A stretch of DNA of 64,000 bases from Selaginella moellendorffii (GCF_000143415.4 NW_003314265.1:2435181-2499180); one strand, 5' to 3'. Positions 11,301 to 23,180 are shown, counted from the stretch's first letter. Translations and numbers: made by a program. Notes: generated from the sequence alone by a model not told the origin.

Positions 11301-14300
11301 CGGGGCGAACAGCTTCTTCACGTACGAGATCAAGGATGCGCGGAACGGTTTGATGGTGAACAGGGAATTTGAGAGAGAAGAAATCCCACGACTGTGGCAA
11401 AAGTGGATCACGCTAGGAGTGGAGGTGGACCAGGTGATTGACAATACCGTGGCGTTCTGGAAATTACCGATCCAGGAAAAATCAAAGGTAACCTCTTGGC
11501 TCGTGGCGACGAATGGGCTGCCAGTAGGCCAGCAATTTCAAGCGGAGAATGCTCGCAGGTGTCCGGAATGCGGGGAACTGGAGACGGTCACACACCTCCT
11601 CTGGGATTGTGACGTGGCCAAGGAGACGTGGCGGCAGGTAGCAAAAGCAACGAGGGAACTAGGGGACAAGCAGGATTTTGAAATTCGAGAAGGGGATGTC
11701 ACCCAATGGTTTCCAAAGGCAAGGGGACCATGCACAGGAGCAGCTTGGCGGAAGATCGGGTGTTGGGGACGCTCAGGATGGGGCACCCGAGTTAGGTGGG
11801 ACGCGGTAGGCGCTGAAGTTGGGACTACAGTGTGGGAGGCCCTTGGACGGGCGAGATGGGAGGTATGGCGGGCTTCCGGGGTACAGGCACTCTGGGAGGC
11901 TCGGAACTGCAACCAATTCGAAGGGCAGTGCACTCGGATTTCAGCGATCATGGCGAATTGGTGGAGGCTCACACTGGCTGCTATCCGCTTGAGGGATACG
12001 CTGCTCCAGGAGCATGGGAAAAACAGGGAGGCACTCACAGCTTGGCGACGATTATGGACTCCGTGCTACGGAACTGAACACGAGGGGGAGGTCAAGTGGA
12101 AATGGAGACCTTTGGACACAGTAACAAAGGAGGCTTGACGTGGCGATCTGGCACTAGATGCACTGCGGAGGCGACGACCACAGCAGCCACGATTGGAGGG
12201 CAGCGATCACTATTAGGTGGAGAATTGCAGGACAGCGTAGTTGAGTGAACAACGCTAAGGGATTCTTGTTTTTTGTATCAGTCCCTAAGGGACTTGGAGA
12301 AATGTACATACACGTTGCATCAAACTGACAGTGGTCATAAAAAGCGAAAGCACGTTGGACAGTCGTCGGGATCAGAGGCGTTTGATTCGAAAAGGAAGAA
12401 GGGCAACAAAAAGATGATAGGTAATGCCTCGCGGTTATGGCGTGTGTGCTCATGCCATTCATTGCAGATCAAGGGCTGAGTGAAAGGAGCCAGTCACCAC
12501 CTTCTGACTCAGATTCCTATGGCGGACTCCCCTTCCCCAATCTCAATGGAGAGGTACAATGGATGAGGGATGCTTTTCAAGTCAGGGCCACGTTTTTCTC
12601 ATCTCGTCATCTTCGAAGGCTGCAAGAACGTGCAGAAACCATGTTAAGACAGTCGGGTGAGGATACGGTCCTAGGTCACGCACTAAAACAGGCTATGGAT
12701 GTCTTGTATTTTGAGATGGAGACTCGGCCAGATGATTTTCCCAAGATGGTCCTGGAAAAACAAGCCATCCAGCCTGAGCAGCCTATGGAAGAAATGCAGG
12801 AGGGGGATGAGGAGCCAGAGAAAGATAATGAGCAGGAAGAGCAGAAGGACGAAGAGGAGGACAAAGAAGAGGAGGACGAAGAAGAGGAAGATGAAGAAGA
12901 GGAGGACGAAGAGGACTTGGATGGTCCTCACAATGGTGACGATCACAATAACGACGATGACGATGATGATGACGATGGCCAGCCTGAGGTGGCCAAAGAG
13001 CAGCGGAGGAAGGTCATACAAGACAAACCATTAAGTAAATAATAGTACATCCATTCCTAACCTTTTACCATTTCTAACATTGTCCATGTAGGTCGCAGAA
13101 GAAATGGTAAGTAGAGATTATTCAGTTGAATTAAGATACAAACTCTAGCCTTTAGTGTCGAGGAAGGATAGTGCCAAGCAAAGGTCGAAACATATGTCCA
13201 ATCCTTCAGAATCAGCAGTGCGCCCAAGTGATATCGGTCCTAGTTCCTCAATAGCAGTTGATGGTAAATACAGTATAGTCGATTCAATGTGCTAATGAGT
13301 TTGTTTTTAGTAGCCAGTAGGGAGGATACCATCTCAATCGAAGGGAGATATTTGGACATGCATATGGATCCGCCAGTGGACTCTACTTGCCTGCAAGAGT
13401 CATCAGAGCTGGTGGAGGCTACTATCCATATCAACACCAAGCAAGCTGACCACGCTCCACTTGATGCTGCCCATACCACTGAGTCAATCTTGTCCACGTA
13501 TCCAACTGACGGTGACCAGGCGCCATTGGACCCGCATGAGGCCGCCCCAGCCGCCGAGCCGGTCGTATCCTCATTTCCAACGTGTGCCCAATCGTCTGAC
13601 TACGCGCCATTGGAACCTCCCTACACCGCCCCTGCTGCCTGTTCGGTCATGTCCACTTTGCCAACGGAGGCATCAGCTGAAATGGCGTGTGATCACATGC
13701 CATCGGAACCACCCCATGCCACTGTTGAGCCAGTTGTACCAGAGTCTACAGCTGAAATGGCATGTGCCCACACGCCATCGGATGCGATTGACCCCACATT
13801 GCAGAGGAGAGTATTTCCGCCCTTCACGTTTCCTCGACCAAAACCCTCTCAACGACCATCGGGAGCACCATTCGCTAATATTGTAGATGGTAAAATTGAC
13901 TTGTACCATTTTTTATGTTGACGCATTTCATTTCAGAGTCACGGCGAAAGTACTGTATCGTTTTTGATCTGAACGGTGTCCTTTTCTCCCATGAGCGTGG
14001 CTCGTCCTCGAATGTCACTGCACCCTCCAAAGCCTGCGGTCGCAAGTTGGTCAAAAGAGACAGATTCACATTAATCACACGGGAAAAACTGCGGGATCTA
14101 ATAATGACCATGCGACACTTAAAACAGAGGGCCGGGTTCAATTTGCAATTGGGAGTTTGGACATCCATGATGCGCCACAATGCATTAACGTTGCTACAGA
14201 TGATGCACGATCAGACGCGAGTAATATTACCATTTGACTTTCTCCTAACACAGGAGGATTGCTTGACTATGGTCCATGTGAGGGGTAGCAAGCCCATCTT

Positions 14301-14469
14301 CGTCAAGCCAGAGGCTGTAGTGATGAACCGGACTGCTAGGTCAAGTGAAATCCTCATCATCGATGACTCGCCGATTAAAACTGCAGCGAACACGCACACA
14401 TATGCAGTGCACCCCATCTCTTGCAGTTTGGAAACTAGGGAGAAGAAACCGTATGTTCTGGGGGACCTT
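8377..14469 (+). pseudogene. Multi-exon cargo gene: ParB/Srx-like domain + degenerate amino-MTase-like fold + acidic/Pro-rich linker + FCP1/NIF phosphatase
   Basis: ORFs 8377-9213, 9217-9993 and 9997-10956 share one frame, split by TGA and TAG (likely CGA/CAG to T). ParB-like: IDVSRIEIQSKYNHRLVSNEWVEKLKQKML...FYAVSGQHSSLAMQQI. MTase-like C-terminal part: NPKKAP...DSKGKCVVEYNCGGLFFRAALLKGVPCVAV. Short introns include 9577-9630 and 13890-13936; the latter splices in frame into the NIF domain. The true start codon is uncertain. Confidence 0.6.
11302..12319 (+). mobile_element. 5'-truncated L1-like LINE fragment (zf-RVT C-terminus)
   Basis: It encodes RRCPECGELETVTHLLWDC and is flanked by a 16-17-bp TSD TCAAACTGACAGTGGTC (11285-11301, 12320-12336). 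The empty site is present in the duplicated copy near 15737. Confidence 0.85.
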
Positions 14470-14472
14470 CTG

Positions 14473-17400
14473 GAGCATCAACACCACGCAAGAGATGATG
14501 GAAGAGCTGGAGTTGTCAAATGAAGACATCGACGACTACGTGAAGGGGGCCCCCAAGTTCATCGATCTGCTGTGGGATGCCACGAAAAGTAAAGCTGAGA
14601 AGTTGGATCAGTATCCAAATTTCATTAAGAGGGATGTCGACCGCCGGCTTCAGAAACAGCTCGACCCCGCAACAGAGGCCTATCGAGAACCTTACCGGGT
14701 ATACGTGAATTCAGATGAGGATCAAAGGTGGAGGAGCATCGTTTCCCGCGGAGATGAGCAGGTCAAGAACATCTTTTGTGTGATGGACTTCACAAACGAG
14801 GAGATCACTCATGCAGATGAAGTCAGCTCCATCATTGACTTAATGGTGGGACTTGCGGAGGTGGAATCTTCAGTCCACTATATGATCTACGACTCCGAAT
14901 CCTATCACAAGTTCTGGAAGGCCTTGAACGAGGTGAAAAAGGCAAGGAGATGCAGGAGATCCATGGGATAATGGCTAAGAAGAAGATACCGACGAATGTC
15001 CGCATCTTCACACTCGCCCTTGTTATTGGTCCTGCAGCAGAGTGGGACTGGAGTGACTTCCCAGCTTCGTTCGACAAGGCCGATCGAATTGATCTGAGGG
15101 AGGTCAAATTACCCGTGCTTGAGGAACTGAAGACGGCTATGGAGCTTTCGAATCCAGAGAAAGCTCCAGGTGCAGCATGGGAAATGCTCAGCTGGGTCTT
15201 CAATGCAATAGCACCTGCTTCCGACTCCAAGGGCAAATGCGTTGTCGAGTACAACTGCGGCGGACTATTCTTTCGAGCCGCACTACTCAAGGGTGTCCCG
15301 TGTGTTGCGGTGACAAACTCTATTGAAGAGGTGACTTCAATGAAGCATATAATTACAGTTGCCAAAGAAAAACAGTATCTTCTCTGCGAACCTGGTGAGT
15401 ACGCACTTTAAGTTTAAATGTTATCTCACAAGCTCTGTATGCAGGAGCGTGGCCACCCCCAGATGCTGAAACGGCGTTAACAGCTACTGTTGGGCCGAGC
15501 TCACAACCTACACAAGGTAAGGTCATGTGAGGCCTCACGCCATTTTGATTATAGATCGTTGTGAATATTCAGACACGAGGACTGAAAAGCGCACTGGTGG
15601 CGCGTCGAAGAAGGACAAACAGACAAGCAATAGGAAAAAAAGAGGTACAAATTATATTTGCAATGGCGTGTGGTCTCATGCCATTCCTTGCAGGAGACAC
15701 TTCTTCAAAGGCAAATCAAGCAAGCACCAGCCAAGCTCAAACTGACAGTGGTCATAAAAAGCGAAAGCACATTGGACAGTCGTCGGGATCAAAGGCGTTT
15801 GATTCGAAAAGGAAGAAGGGCAATGAAAAGATGATAGGTAATGCCTCGCGGTCACCACCTCCTGACTCAGATTCCTATGGCGGACTCCCCTTCCCCAATC
15901 TCAATGGAGAGGTACAATGGATGAAGGATGCTTTTCAAGTCAGGGCCACGTTTTTCTCATCTCGTCGTCTTCGAAGGCTGCAAGAACGTGCAGAAACCAT
16001 GTTAAGACAGTCGGGTGAGGATACGGTCCTAGGTCACGCACTAAAACAGGCTATGGATGTCTTGTATTTTGAGATGGAGACTTGGCCAGATGATTTTCCC
16101 AAGATGGTCCTGGAAAAACAAGCCATCCAGCCTGAGCAGCCTATGGAAGAAATGCAGGAGGGGGATGAGGAGTCAGAGAAAGATAATGAGCAGGAAGAGC
16201 AAAAGGACAAAGAGGAGGACAAAGAAGAGGAGGACGAAGAAGAGGAGGACAAAGAGGACTTGGATGGTCCTCACAATGGTGACGATCACAATAACAACGA
16301 CGACGATGATGACGACGATGGCCAGCCTGAGGTGGCCAAAGAGCAGTGGAGGAAGGTCATACAAGACAAACCATCAGGTAAATAATAGTACATTCATTCC
16401 TAACCTTTTACCATTTCTAACATTGTCCATGTAGGTTGCAAAGCAAATGGTAAGTAGAGATTATTCAATTGAATTAAGATACAAACTCTAGCCTTTAGTG
16501 TCGAGGAAGGATAGTGCCAAGCAAGGGTCGAAACGTATGTCCAATCCTTCAGAATCAGCAGTGCGCCCAAGTGATATCGGTCCTAGTTCCTCAATAGCAG
16601 TTGATGGTAAATACAGTATAGTCGATTCAATGTGCTAATGAGTTTGTTTTTAGTAGCCAGTAGGGAGGATACCATCTCAATCGAAGGGAGATATTTGGAC
16701 ATGCATATGGATCCACCAGTGGACTCTACTTGCCTGCAAGAGTCATCAGAGCTGGTGGAGGCTACTATCCATATCAACGCCAAGCAAGCTGACCACGCTC
16801 CACTTGATGCTGCCCATACCACTGAGTCAATCTTGTCCACGTATCCAACTGACGGTGACCAGGCGCCATTGGACCCGCATGAGGCCGCCCCAGCCGCCGA
16901 GCCGGTCATATCCTCATTTCCAACGGACTCAACGTGTGCCCAATCGTCTGACTACGCGCCGTTGGAACCTCCCTACACCGCCCCTGCTGCCTGTTCGGTC
17001 ATGTCCACTTTGCCAACGGAGGCACCAGCTGAAATGGCGTGTGATCACACGCCATCGGAACCACCCCATGCCACTGTTGAGCCAGTTGTACCAGAGTCTA
17101 CAGCTGAAATGGCATGTGCCCACACGCCATCGGATGCGATTGACCCCACATTGCAGAGGAGAGTATTTCCGCCCTTCACGTTTCCTCGACCAAAACCCTC
17201 TCAACGACCATCGGGAGCACCATTCGCTAATATTGTAGATGGTAAAATTGACTTGTACCATTTTTTATGTTGACGCATTTCATTTCAGAGTCATGGCGAA
17301 AGTACTGTATCATTTTTGATCTGAACGGTGTCCTTTTCTCCCATGAGCGTGGCTCGTCCTCGAATGTCACTGCACCCTCCAAAGCCTGCGGTCGCAAGTT

Positions 17401-17821
17401 GGTCAAAAGAGACAGATTCACATTAATCACATGGGAGAAACTGCGGGATCTAATAATGACCATGTGACACTTAAAACAGAGGGCCGGGTTCAATTTGCAA
17501 TTGGGAGTTTGGACATCCATGATGCGCCACAATGCATTAACGTTGCTACAGATGATGCACGATCAAACGCGAGTAATATTACCATTTGACTTTCTCCTAA
17601 CGCAGGAGGATTGCTTGACTATGGTCCATGTGAGGGGTAGCAAGCCCATCTTCGTCAAGCCAGAGGCTGTAGTGATGAACCGGACTGCTAGGTCAAGTGA
17701 AATCCTCATCATCGATGACTCGCCAATTAAAACTGCAGCAAACACGCACACATATGCAGTGCGCCCCATCTCTTGCAGTATGGAAACTAGGGAGAAGAAA
17801 CCGTATGTTCTGGGGGACCTT
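14473..17821 (+). repeat. Tandem segmental duplication of 10014-14469 (cargo gene 3' half)
   Basis: Near-identical copy beginning GAGCATC(A/G)ACACCACGCAAGAG and ending GGGGACCTT, with a 3-bp filler CTG at the junction. It lacks the LINE and carries small indels. Confidence 0.95.
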
Positions 17822-18151
17822 GCAAAACGGCTTGGAGCGATGGTGATAGAGAACTGGCCAGTCCAGAAGGTGGCTGCAGAAATCAACCAAATGGCAGATG
17901 GAACGGTATATCAGAAGCCATTTGATCGGACAGACATCAGTCATCATTTATGGCATGTATATTGTCTAGCCAAGCACTATCCGCATCTCCATAATTTGCT
18001 CAACCGGATGGGTTCTTCGACCACTGAACATGAGCGTGGACGTATTAGAGAAGAGATGGCATTACTATTGGGTTTAAATCCTGATAGTGTGGAGAGTGAT
18101 GAAATTCCAAGATTATTGTATAGGCGTTGGAGGCAAAAAATAATAGTCTGA
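17289..18151 (+). pseudogene. FCP1/NIF (CTD-phosphatase-like HAD) terminal exon, full-length copy with an internal stop
   Basis: Motifs YCIIFDLNGVL, LGVWTSMMRHNA, FLLTQEDC, KPIFVK and ILIIDDSPIK. There is a TGA at 17465. The copy at 13937-14469 is stop-free but truncated. Confidence 0.75.
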
Positions 18152-18556
18152 GATGGCATGTATTTATTTAAAAATGTAACTTATTATGGCATGGGGTTCC
18201 ATGCCATTGTATTAATATTAAAAGACAATTCTTTGAGAGGATTTGCATTTACAGCATGTTATTGGAAGTCTACGAAGTTGTTTTATTAATAAGGGGAAAG
18301 TAAAGATTGAATGGGGACTTGGGCTCCACCTAGACTCGGAGCAACTGAGCCAATATTAAAAGGATGGAAAGAAATTGGACGACGATGACAAGGAGAAGAG
18401 AGAGGTGAAGCAGTGGCAGGGGGAGGAGAAGTGATTGAGTAGACATTTCCTTGTTTAAAATAAAATGGCATGTGCCTCAATGCAGTTGAATTTTGTTATA
18501 TTTATATACTATATAAAGGTTTGGAAACCTTATTTTACAAGTGGGATAATGACAAT

Positions 18557-18578
18557 TCCCACTTTAACGAAATAGAGC
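18557..18578 (-). repeat. Right terminal inverted repeat
   Basis: TCCCACTTTAACGAAATAGAGC, the reverse complement of 629-650. Confidence 0.85.
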
Positions 18579-18582
18579 TTCT

Positions 18583-19730
18583 ATACAAGCCAATATTCTA
18601 TTTGTGGAAGGTTTTCAATTGACACTTTGTCTCCTTCACGCCACCATATGCACATCTCATTTGCCTTTGTATTATGCTCCTCTTTAGTTGATGCATCCAT
18701 CCATTCCTGACAAAGCTGCTTGAACTCGTGATGGAAGTCAGATTTGATGCATCGGCAATGTTCGTTAACACTCTTTGCCCAATGAAATTTACAACTCTTC
18801 TCTCTACCTTGTAACGGCTAACTTTTATCACCTCCAAATACTTGTCGTACAGCCAATCAGATAGCACTAGCAGCATTTGCCATGAAACCACAGAAGTTGG
18901 GTTTCTTCCCGGTTCACTGTTTAACAACTTCAGATATACATGTCTAAAAGACAGTTTGTGCTTGAAAATCTTGAACCTTGAATTTGGCTATAGCTATAGT
19001 CAAGTTGCACTGCACCTATAGAAGGAATGGTTATAATGTAAATCGGTATGAAATCCTTAAAAAATGAATAATTACTTACTTGTGATCATAAACATGATCT
19101 CCCATAATTGACCAGCATGAAATTCGTTCCATGTGGTCAAAATGGATCCAGGAATTAACCAAGTCCCCATCTCCATCCATATCCATTCATTGTACAAAGT
19201 CCACACCAAAAGCAGGACCAAGGGTAGACATTTTAAAGATGAAATGGTGTTGATTATTCACTTGGCTAACTAGTCATTTGGCTAACGAACAAGCTCCTAT
19301 AAACTCATAGGGACATTTTCTTTTTAGCTCCAAAATCCCATTCAATCTAGATTGAGGCTTTCTATCTTGCCCTTCTTGCATCCAATTCTTTATTCTACTA
19401 AAAAAAAGAGTATTATTAGTGATAAAGTAGAGTTAAGTATTAATTTTATACCTATTTAAATTTGTCATGGGTTCTATATTTCGAAGTAGGTCCTTCAAGC
19501 TATTCTCCGTGAACTCTTTTTTGCTATTAAATTGTAGCAACATGTCAACCACATAATCCTTTAGTATAGACTGTTGAACACACTTTAGAGTTGCAGCACT
19601 TTTCTTCCCAACTTCTGTAGTAACAGCAGCCTTCAAATTGCGAAAAGAATCACGGTGGATTCCTTCCTCTTCGTGCGTGGTTTTTTCGCGCGCCAACCAA
19701 CTTTTTCGAGTTTGACTCTCTCTCACTTGT
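18583..19730 (-). pseudogene. MULE-like DDE transposase A, 5' part
   Basis: The minus strand reads FIFKMSTLGP...WIHFDHMER...HVYD, NFCGFMANAA...GREKSCKFHWAKS (CxxH motif of MULE transposases) ...MCIWW...IEYWL. It has multiple stops and short introns. Confidence 0.75.
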
Positions 19731-20121
19731 CACAAAAGAATGGAACTCTCTTAAAGGGAAGAGAGCATGGAGATGAGAGGGAGAACAAACAATCAATGCT
19801 ACAACTTTTGTGATTGACTGGCGCTTCTCACTCATAACCACATTCATTTCAATAATATTATTCCTCTCACAATCAATTATACATATCTTAATATCTAAAG
19901 CATTGAATGATTGTGTCCATTGATCGCCATTAAAGAGAATGAAAATCATGACCATTGATCATGATTGTTGATCACGTCTGTTGATTTTTAGGGTTTTACA
20001 CCTATGGTTTGAGCAACAAAGGGCGAGAGAAAAGCGTGTTTGAGTAGGGAAGGGCGAGAGAAAAGCAATTCAACTTAGCAATATGCTTCAAGACGCTCCT
20101 CAAACAAGGTATGCTTCCTTG

Positions 20122-20627
20122 AGAAGGTCAGTTCGCGTGTGAATCAATGTCTCCTCACTTTCTTTCTTCCATGAGAAGTTTTCTATTTTCTTGACTTTTG
20201 TTCTTTCTTGAGGGATAGAGATGTCGGTTCTTGTGCAAACCAATATCTCCTAGCATTCTATTTCATTTTGCCCATCTCTACTTGGTTTTTTTTTTTTTTT
20301 CTTGTTGAAGGGGTGGGAAAGATTGGTTTGAGTGTGAATTGACGTCTCCCCACCTTCATTTTTTCTAGAAGCAAGCTTTATTGATTTTTTTCATGTTTCT
20401 AGTGCTATATTTTAGAAAACAAAGAGAGATAGAAATGTCGGTTCTTGTGCGAACCGATATCTTCAAGGTTTTTTTTTTATTTCATTGACTTGATGGGGCA
20501 TTTCATGTGAAAATTAGAGGGTGGAAGATGTCGGTTCTTGCACAAACCAACTTCTCCCATATTCTTGTTGTGTTTTTCCTTTTTCTCAAGAGGTAGAGTG
20601 AGGTTGGTTCTCGTGCGAACCAACCTC
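20122..20627. repeat. Array of six palindromes, family 2: (GAGAT)GTYGGTTC-N6-GAACCRAY(ATCTC)
   Basis: Cores start at 20127, 20223, 20322, 20437, 20530 and 20603 (last: GAGGTTGGTTCTCGTGCGAACCAACCTC), separated by T-rich spacers. Related copies with a 5-bp spacer lie at 34186 and 34261. Confidence 0.85.
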
Positions 20628-21674
20628 TTCTAGTGACTTGTTGTCGCGAATGTGACTTCGGGTATTGAAAGTTATCTGTCAGCTAGTCCTTACAGACACT
20701 CTTACCTTACTGCCACGATGGCAGGAGGTCGGTATTGTTGGACCCGTTATCAGTTTCCCACTTGAGCTAATTGAGAAACTGGTCAATGACCATGCACTTA
20801 GATTGGATAAATATAAGGTAGGAACCCTATGTGTTTCTTGCTAAGCATACTCGGCCTGGTTTGAGAAACTTGAGTCATTGGCTTGCACTTGCTAGTAACA
20901 AGAACCCCCGCGATATTGAGATTAGTCCCTCAATATTCGCTAGATGATAGCTTACCGTGTCTGCCAAACACCCTCGCTATCATGCCCTTTGTGTTAGTCT
21001 CATTTCGGTCCCAAATGCTAATTATGGAAAGTGTTTGGATTTGCTCATTTGCCATATCTATGGAACGTAAAGATCGGCCTGAACACAATAGTGTTCGTCC
21101 CATGTCCAAATTCGCAATCTAACGCCATTCCATATTTAGTAAATTTTGAGCTTGTCCCAAAGACTAACTCCTGATACTAAGGGAAGTTTGGGGTGAAAGC
21201 CCAAAGTGTGTGTTCCTCAAAGGGGGGGTGGCTATGGGGGGTTCCAAATGTATAGTAGGGATAGTGGGTAGGTTGGGTATGGCTGACCAACCTGAGGCAT
21301 AGTCTAGCTTCTGCTTGCGTGCCTGTCCTTGTTCTGCGTCTGGCTTGGGTCTAAGCCCAAGTTCCATTCCATGCTAGTTGGTGGAGTACCCATGTCCTCG
21401 CGTTAGGCCACCGGTATGCCAAAATAGCACCAGACTCTATTTGGCTTCGTTTTGCGTGCTGTGTGAGACACAAAATCCCTAGGCCCCAAAGTGGAGCTGG
21501 AAGGGCACCATGTGGTAGTGGCCAAAGCAAAAGCCAAACAAGTGTAACACATTTGGACTAAAAGCTCCATCTTGAAAGGTCGAGAGCGGGAGTGGAACTC
21601 CCAACAAAGTGCTCGAGGAATGAGTACGAAGCGAGCAATAAGCGAGGCTCTAAAAAAGGACCCAAAAGGACCAA

Positions 21675-22165
21675 GATGGAGTCCGAGATGGAGTCTGAGA
21701 TGGAGTCCGAGATGGACCAAGACGAAGTCCGAGATGGAGTCCGAGACAGAGTTCGAGATGGACTGAGACGGAGTCCGAGATGGATCCGAGATGGAGTCCG
21801 AGATGGAGTCTGAGATGGAGTCCGAGATGGAGTCCGAGATGGAGTCCGAGATGGAGTCCGAGATGGAGTCTAAGATGGAGTCCGAGATGGACCCGAGATG
21901 GAGTCTGAGATGGAGTCTAAGATGGACCAAGACGGAGTCCAAGATGGAGTCCGAGATGGATCCGAGATGGAATCCGAGATGGAGTCCAAGAAGGACCCGA
22001 GATGGAGTCCAAGGTCAAGACTGAGACCGGGACCGAGACCGAGACCGAGACCAAGACTGAGACCGAGACCAAGACTGAGACCTAGATCGGGACCGGGACC
22101 GAGACCGAGCCCGAGTCCAAGCCCGAGTCCGAGTCCGAGTCCGAGTCCGAGTCCGAGTTCGAGTC
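21675..22165 (+). repeat. LTR-internal minisatellite (GATGGAGTCCGA)n then (GACCGA)n/(GTCCGA)n
   Basis: Directly visible. The same arrays, with different lengths, occur at ~27425-28175, ~30405-30860 and ~54590-54955. Confidence 0.95.
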
Positions 22166-23168
22166 TAAGAGGGTGAAAGCCCAAAGCATTCGTCTCCCAG
22201 ACCTTGGGGGGTTTGGTGAGCTCCAAAAGTATAGTAAAGGGGAGGACTGTAGTGGAGCTAGTTTGGCCAGGAAAGGCCAGTTTGGCCCAAGAAGGCTGTA
22301 CCCAGTGTTGGGTGATGAGCTGCCCATTGGGAAGTCCAAGACTAAAGTGAACACGGACCGACAAGCGGGGTAACTTGGTGAAGTGTTCAAGAGCCGGCTC
22401 TAGTTCCCCCGGGAGATCGACTGGCCGATACTCCCAATCCAAGTGTGGGTGGCACTACCTACTTGGATATCAGGCGTGGCTCAACGGAACCTCGCTCTAA
22501 GCCCATGGCTAGAGCACCCAAAGGCGGAAGGCGGGGAGAGTACCCACAAGGCTTGCGTAAGGCCATGGTGTTCCGAAATGTTGTCCTAAAGGCCTAGACT
22601 GTGGAAAGGAAGAGGAGTAGGCCTCGGGTGTAGTGACCAAGGATACAGTCATGCAGTGAGGAAGTCCTAGAGGACTGTGGGACTTAGTGGTCGGGCTTGT
22701 GGGCCTTGATCCAGTGGCAGTGTTGGCGAATACGGCCAAGGGCAAAAAGGGACTCAGTGGGGACCAGAAAGGAGATATTGGGGAAGGCTATTCCTCATGT
22801 TTGCGGGCATCCTAAGGATGCTAAGGAGTGGATCTGGGATGACCACTCATGGATGGATGGCCCAGTCTTGGAGAGACGGGATTGCAATGAAGGTGGTGTT
22901 GGACCACTGATGTGACCAAGGTGATTGGGCATGGCCTAGCGTAACAGGCTGGTATGTTGGTGGTGCCTTGGGGTGTCGGTCATGGAACCGGACACGTGGA
23001 GCACTTATACCAAGTGCAAAGGTTGAGTGGCATGGATGCCATTCTCGGGGCTAGCAAACCCCAAGTCCTGAGTGGGACTTATGGAGGTTGTGAATGAAAC
23101 TCCTCCAAGTGGTTGGAGGTGCGGTTAAGTGACTAAAGTAGAATGGAAAAATTTAGTCTCTTACAATT

Positions 23169-23180
23169 TGGTATCAGAGT
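23169..23180 (+). other. Primer-binding site (tRNA-iMet type)
   Basis: TGGTATCAGAGT, 3 bp after the LTR end. Confidence 0.85.

Larger units (their letters stand above)
841..18486. repeat. Dispersed 22-bp palindrome family 1, ATGGCRTG-N6-CAYGCCAT (at least 25 copies)
   Basis: Copies start at 841, 1157, 1246, 1836, 1996, 2142, 3483, 3540, 5397, 5495, 6102 (3-bp insertion), 6177, 7027, 7106, 7265, 7400, 8184, 8261, 8321, 9598, 11070, 11211, 12437, 13682, 13757, 15522, 15663, 17034, 17109, 18186 and 18465. Some are degenerate. Confidence 0.9.
629..18582 (-). mobile_element. ~18-kb cargo-carrying DNA transposon with Sola-like transposase
   Basis: It has perfect 22-bp TIRs (629-650, 18557-18578). 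The flanks rejoin to give an intact codon run ...WL(V/I)WWEV... of the interrupted gene, with an apparent short TSD (ATA, or ATAT/ATAC). It contains a transposase, a cargo gene and element-restricted palindromes. The ends are uncertain by about 4 bp. Confidence 0.8.

Noticed and set aside
20122-20627. CRISPR array
   Set aside because: Eukaryotic context, degenerate repeats, low-complexity T-rich spacers of unequal length, and no cas genes.
23028-23043. TGGCATGGATGCCA palindrome in family-A LTRs, and TGGCA-rich repeats in family-B LTRs, as copies of palindrome family 1
   Set aside because: They lack the 8-6-8 geometry; they are ordinary LTR sequence.
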